Shown in pieces: positions 59,828 through 64,000 of a DNA stretch of 64,000 nt (positions are counted from its first letter, which is position 1; the number at the start of each line of letters is the position of its first letter). A model generated the notes under the pieces. The model was not told the DNA's origin. It was given only the letters and a program-made list of their open reading frames with translations, and did not search any database. This stretch comes from Escherichia coli (GTDB lineage: Bacteria; Pseudomonadota; Gammaproteobacteria; Enterobacterales; Enterobacteriaceae), in assembly GCF_003334785.1 (NCBI RefSeq), contig NZ_QOWV01000002.1; one strand, written 5' to 3'. Made by a program: the position numbers and the translations under genes.

Positions 59828-60664
59828 ATGGCGCACGACGAACAATGGCTCACCCCACGTCTGCAAACGGCGGCAACGCTGTGTAACCAGACGCCCGCCG
59901 CGACGGAATCTCCGCTGTGGCTGGGGGTGGATCTGGGCACCTGCGATGTGGTGTCGATGGTTGTCGACCGCGACGGTCAGCCAGTGGCGGTATGCCTCGA
60001 CTGGGCCGATGTGGTTCGCGACGGCATCGTCTGGGATTTCTTCGGCGCTGTCACCATTGTTCGTCGCCATCTCGACACGCTCGAGCAGCAATTCGGTCGT
60101 CGTTTTAGCCATGCGGCGACTTCATTTCCTCCAGGTACGGACCCGCGTATTTCCATCAACGTGCTGGAATCTGCCGGACTGGAAGTGAGCCATGTGCTGG
60201 ATGAGCCAACCGCAGTTGCGGATCTGCTGCAACTGGACAACGCCGGTGTAGTGGATATCGGCGGCGGCACTACCGGCATTGCCATCGTGAAAAAGGGCAA
60301 GGTGACGTACTCGGCGGATGAAGCCACCGGCGGACATCACATCTCTCTGACTCTCGCCGGAAATCGCCGTATTTCGCTGGAAGAGGCGGAGCAGTACAAG
60401 CGCGGTCACGGTGAAGAGATTTGGCCTGCGGTGAAACCGGTGTACGAAAAAATGGCGGACATTGTCGCCCGGCATATTGAAGGGCAGGGCATTACTGATT
60501 TATGGCTGGCGGGCGGCTCTTGTATGCAACCGGGCGTGGCGGAACTGTTTCGCAAACAATTCCCGGCGTTACAGGTGCATTTACCGCAGCACAGTTTGTT
60601 TATGACCCCGCTGGCGATCGCCAGTAGTGGGCGAGAGAAAGCGGAGGGGCTATATGCAAAATGA
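59828..60664 (+). CDS. eutJ: Hsp70/actin-fold chaperone-like protein EutJ
   Basis: 278 aa; ATPase fold motifs (LGVDLGTCDV, VVDIGGGTTGIAIV). Confidence 0.88.
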   Translation: MAHDEQWLTPRLQTAATLCNQTPAATESPLWLGVDLGTCDVVSMVVDRDGQPVAVCLDWADVVRDGIVWDFFGAVTIVRRHLDTLEQQFGRRFSHAATSFPPGTDPRISINVLESAGLEVSHVLDEPTAVADLLQLDNAGVVDIGGGTTGIAIVKKGKVTYSADEATGGHHISLTLAGNRRISLEEAEQYKRGHGEEIWPAVKPVYEKMADIVARHIEGQGITDLWLAGGSCMQPGVAELFRKQFPALQVHLPQHSLFMTPLAIASSGREKAEGLYAK

Positions 60665-61841
60665 ATTGCAGACCGCGCTCTTTCAGGCGTTCGATACCCT
60701 GAATCTGCAACGGGTAAAAACATTTAGCGTTCCACCGGTGACGCTTTGCGGTCCGGGCTCGGTGAGCAGTTGCGGACAGCAAGCGCAAACGCGTGGGCTG
60801 AAACATCTGTTCGTGATGGCAGACAGCTTTTTGCATCAGGCAGGGATGACCGCCGGGCTGACGCGTAGCCTGACCGTTAAAGGTATCGCCATGACGCTCT
60901 GGCCATGTCCGGTGGGCGAACCGTGCATTACCGACGTGTGTGCAGCCGTGGCGCAGTTGCGTGAGTCAGGCTGTGATGGGGTGATCGCGTTTGGCGGCGG
61001 CTCGGTGCTGGATGCGGCGAAAGCCGTGACGTTGCTGGTGACGAACCCGGATAGCACGCTGGCAGAGATGTCAGAAACCAGCGTTCTGCAACCGCGCTTG
61101 CCGCTGATTGCCATTCCAACTACCGCCGGAACCGGCTCTGAAACCACCAATGTAACGGTGATTATCGACGCGGTGAGCGGGCGCAAGCAGGTGTTAGCCC
61201 ATGCCTCGCTGATGCCGGATGTGGCGATCCTCGACGCCGCATTGACCGAAGGTGTGCCGTCGCATGTCACGGCGATGACCGGCATTGATGCGTTAACCCA
61301 TGCCATTGAAGCATACAGCGCCCTGAACGCTACACCGTTTACCGACAGTCTGGCGATTGGTGCCATTGCGATGATTGGCAAATCGCTGCCGAAAGCGGTG
61401 GGCTACGGTCACGACCTTGCCGCGCGCGAGAGCATGTTGCTGGCTTCATGTATGGCGGGAATGGCGTTTTCCAGTGCGGGTCTTGGGTTGTGCCACGCGA
61501 TGGCGCATCAGCCGGGCGCGGCGCTGCATATTCCGCACGGTCTCGCGAACGCCATGTTGCTGCCAACGGTGATGGAATTTAACCGGATGGTTTGTCGTGA
61601 ACGCTTTAGTCAGATTGGTCGGGCACTGCGAACTAAAAAATCCGACGATCGTGACGCTATTAACGCGGTAAGTGAGCTGATTGCGGAAGTTGGGATTGGT
61701 AAACGACTGGGCGATGTTGGTGCGACATCTGCGCATTACGGCGCATGGGCGCAGGCCGCGCTGGAAGATATTTGTCTGCGCAGTAACCCGCGTACCGCCA
61801 GCCTGGAGCAGATTGTCGGCCTGTACGCAGCGGCGCAATAA
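60654..61841 (+). CDS. eutG: Iron-containing alcohol dehydrogenase EutG
   Basis: 395 aa from MQNELQTALFQAFDTLNLQ; Fe-ADH motifs (GGGSVLDAAKA); overlaps eutJ by 11 nt. Confidence 0.88.
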   Translation: MQNELQTALFQAFDTLNLQRVKTFSVPPVTLCGPGSVSSCGQQAQTRGLKHLFVMADSFLHQAGMTAGLTRSLTVKGIAMTLWPCPVGEPCITDVCAAVAQLRESGCDGVIAFGGGSVLDAAKAVTLLVTNPDSTLAEMSETSVLQPRLPLIAIPTTAGTGSETTNVTVIIDAVSGRKQVLAHASLMPDVAILDAALTEGVPSHVTAMTGIDALTHAIEAYSALNATPFTDSLAIGAIAMIGKSLPKAVGYGHDLAARESMLLASCMAGMAFSSAGLGLCHAMAHQPGAALHIPHGLANAMLLPTVMEFNRMVCRERFSQIGRALRTKKSDDRDAINAVSELIAEVGIGKRLGDVGATSAHYGAWAQAALEDICLRSNPRTASLEQIVGLYAAAQ

Positions 61842-62030
<189 letters not shown>

Positions 62031-62057
62031 AATAACAACTAACAGGGAGTAAAGGCG

Positions 62058-63284
62058 ATGGGAATTAACGAAATCATCATGTACATCATGATGTTCTTTA
62101 TGCTGATAGCTGCCGTAGACAGGATCCTGTCGCAGTTCGGCGGTTCTGCTCGTTTCCTCGGTAAGTTCGGTAAAAGTATCGAAGGATCAGGCGGTCAGTT
62201 CGAAGAAGGCTTTATGGCAATGGGCGCACTGGGCCTGGCGATGGTCGGTATGACCGCGCTGGCACCGGTACTGGCTCACGTTCTCGGGCCGGTAATTATT
62301 CCGGTTTACGAAATGCTCGGCGCTAACCCATCGATGTTCGCCGGAACACTGCTGGCGTGCGATATGGGCGGCTTCTTCCTCGCCAAAGAGCTGGCGGGCG
62401 GCGACGTAGCCGCGTGGCTATACTCTGGGTTAATTCTCGGGTCGATGATGGGGCCAACGATTGTGTTTTCCATTCCGGTGGCGCTCGGCATTATCGAACC
62501 TTCTGACCGTCGTTATCTGGCGCTCGGCGTGCTGGCGGGCATTGTGACCATTCCGATTGGTTGTATCGCTGGTGGTCTGGTTGCTATGTACTCCGGTGTG
62601 CAGATCAACGGCCAGCCGGTGGAATTCACTTTCGCCCTGATCCTGATGAACATGATCCCGGTGATCATTGTTGCGATTCTGGTGGCGCTGGGGCTGAAAT
62701 TCATCCCGGAAAAAATGATCAACGGCTTCCAGATCTTCGCCAAATTCCTCGTTGCATTGATCACCCTCGGTCTTGCCGCTGCGGTAGTGAAATTCCTGCT
62801 TGGCTGGGAACTGATCCCCGGTCTGGATCCTATCTTTATGGCCCCTGGCGATAAACCCGGTGAGGTGATGCGCGCCATTGAAGTTATCGGTTCTATCTCC
62901 TGCGTTCTGTTAGGGGCGTATCCGATGGTGCTGCTGCTGACTCGCTGGTTTGAAAAACCGCTGATGAGCGTCGGTAAAGTACTGAATATGAACAACATCG
63001 CGGCAGCCGGCATGGTGGCAACGCTTGCCAACAACATCCCGATGTTCGGCATGATGAAGCAGATGGATACCCGCGGCAAAGTCATCAACTGCGCCTTCGC
63101 CGTTTCCGCTGCTTTCGCCCTGGGCGACCACTTAGGCTTCGCCGCTGCCAACATGAACGCCATGATCTTCCCGATGATTGTCGGCAAGTTGATCGGCGGC
63201 GTAACGGCGATTGGCGTGGCGATGATGCTGGTGCCAAAAGAAGACGCGACCGCGACTAAAACCGAAGCGGAGGCACAATCGTGA
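62058..63284 (+). CDS. eutH: Ethanolamine permease EutH
   Basis: 408 aa polytopic membrane protein; GGAG RBS upstream. Confidence 0.9.
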   Translation: MGINEIIMYIMMFFMLIAAVDRILSQFGGSARFLGKFGKSIEGSGGQFEEGFMAMGALGLAMVGMTALAPVLAHVLGPVIIPVYEMLGANPSMFAGTLLACDMGGFFLAKELAGGDVAAWLYSGLILGSMMGPTIVFSIPVALGIIEPSDRRYLALGVLAGIVTIPIGCIAGGLVAMYSGVQINGQPVEFTFALILMNMIPVIIVAILVALGLKFIPEKMINGFQIFAKFLVALITLGLAAAVVKFLLGWELIPGLDPIFMAPGDKPGEVMRAIEVIGSISCVLLGAYPMVLLLTRWFEKPLMSVGKVLNMNNIAAAGMVATLANNIPMFGMMKQMDTRGKVINCAFAVSAAFALGDHLGFAAANMNAMIFPMIVGKLIGGVTAIGVAMMLVPKEDATATKTEAEAQS

Positions 63285-64000
63285 ACACTCGCCAGCTATT
63301 GAGCGTCGGTATCGATATCGGCACCACCACCACCCAGGTGATTTTCTCCCGGCTGGAGCTGGTTAACCGTGCGGCGGTGTCGCAGGTGCCGCGCTACGAA
63401 TTCATTAAACGCGAAATTAGCTGGCAAAGTCCGGTGTTCTTTACCCCTGTCGATAAACAGGGCGGTTTAAAAGAAGCGGAACTGAAAACCTTAATACTCG
63501 AGCAATATCATGCTGCGGGTATTGAGCCGGAAAGCGTTGATTCTGGTGCCATCATCATCACCGGTGAAAGCGCGAAAACCCGCAATGCTCGCCCGGCGGT
63601 GATGGCGCTCTCTCAGTCGCTGGGCGATTTTGTCGTTGCCAGCGCCGGGCCGCACCTCGAATCCGTGATCGCCGGTCACGGAGCCGGGGCACAAACCCTT
63701 TCTGAACAACGGCTGTGTCGGGTACTGAATATCGACATCGGCGGTGGCACCGCGAACTACGCCCTGTTCGATGCCGGAAAAATCAGCGGCACTGCCTGCC
63801 TCAACGTCGGTGGTCGCCTGCTGGAAACCGACAGCCACGGGCGCGTGGTTTACGCTCATAAACCGGGGCAGATGATTGTGGATGAGTGCTTCGGTGCAGG
63901 CACCGACGCCCGTTCGCTGACCGGCGCGCAGCTGGTGCAGGTGACCCGGCGGATGGCAGAACTGATTGTCGAAGTGATTGACGGAACGCTCTCACCGCTC
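63281..64000 (+). CDS. eutA: Ethanolamine ammonia-lyase reactivase EutA, 5' ~240 codons; gene runs off the window end
   Basis: GTG start overlapping the eutH stop (GTGA) gives MNTRQLLSVGIDIGTTTTQVIFSRLEL; the frame is open to the window end; ASKHA-type ATPase motifs (IDIGTTTT, IDIGGGTAN). Confidence 0.85.
   Translation, partial: MNTRQLLSVGIDIGTTTTQVIFSRLELVNRAAVSQVPRYEFIKREISWQSPVFFTPVDKQGGLKEAELKTLILEQYHAAGIEPESVDSGAIIITGESAKTRNARPAVMALSQSLGDFVVASAGPHLESVIAGHGAGAQTLSEQRLCRVLNIDIGGGTANYALFDAGKISGTACLNVGGRLLETDSHGRVVYAHKPGQMIVDECFGAGTDARSLTGAQLVQVTRRMAELIVEVIDGTLSPL

Overview
This window reads as ordinary, well-characterised Escherichia coli (K-12-like) core chromosome, in reverse orientation relative to standard K-12 numbering. 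I found no evidence of a previously undescribed system. Gene order is yfgH (partial), yfgG, pdeF, ppx-ppk, purN-purM, upp-uraA, hda, yfgD, bepA, perM, focB-hyfR-hyfJIHGFEDCBA (hydrogenase-4 locus), bcp, gcvR, dapA, bamC, purC, ypfJ, tmcA, ypfH, ypfN, dapE, yffB, ypfM, acrD, narQ, aegA, nudK, ypfG, tktB-talA, maeB, then the first twelve genes of the ethanolamine-utilisation microcompartment operon (eutS,P,Q,T,D,M,N,E,J,G,H and the start of eutA). Every long ORF is accounted for by a recognisable housekeeping or known accessory gene. I saw no rRNA, tRNA, CRISPR array, IS element, integrase or prophage remnant. Gene identities come from recognising the translated proteins and their motifs, not from a database search. 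Many ORF-track entries carry spurious N-terminal extensions, so several starts are re-called from remembered N-termini, using GTG, TTG or CTG where the sequence requires it. Coordinates of short motifs are counted by eye and may be off by 1-2 bp. The most system-like loci are the hyf operon with its sigma-54 promoter and the eut operon, both already described. The remaining findings are regulatory or structural details: an FNR class II promoter for pdeF, PurR boxes, the upp T-tract, REP/BIME clusters (one inside the eut operon), intra-operon hairpins and tiny protein genes.
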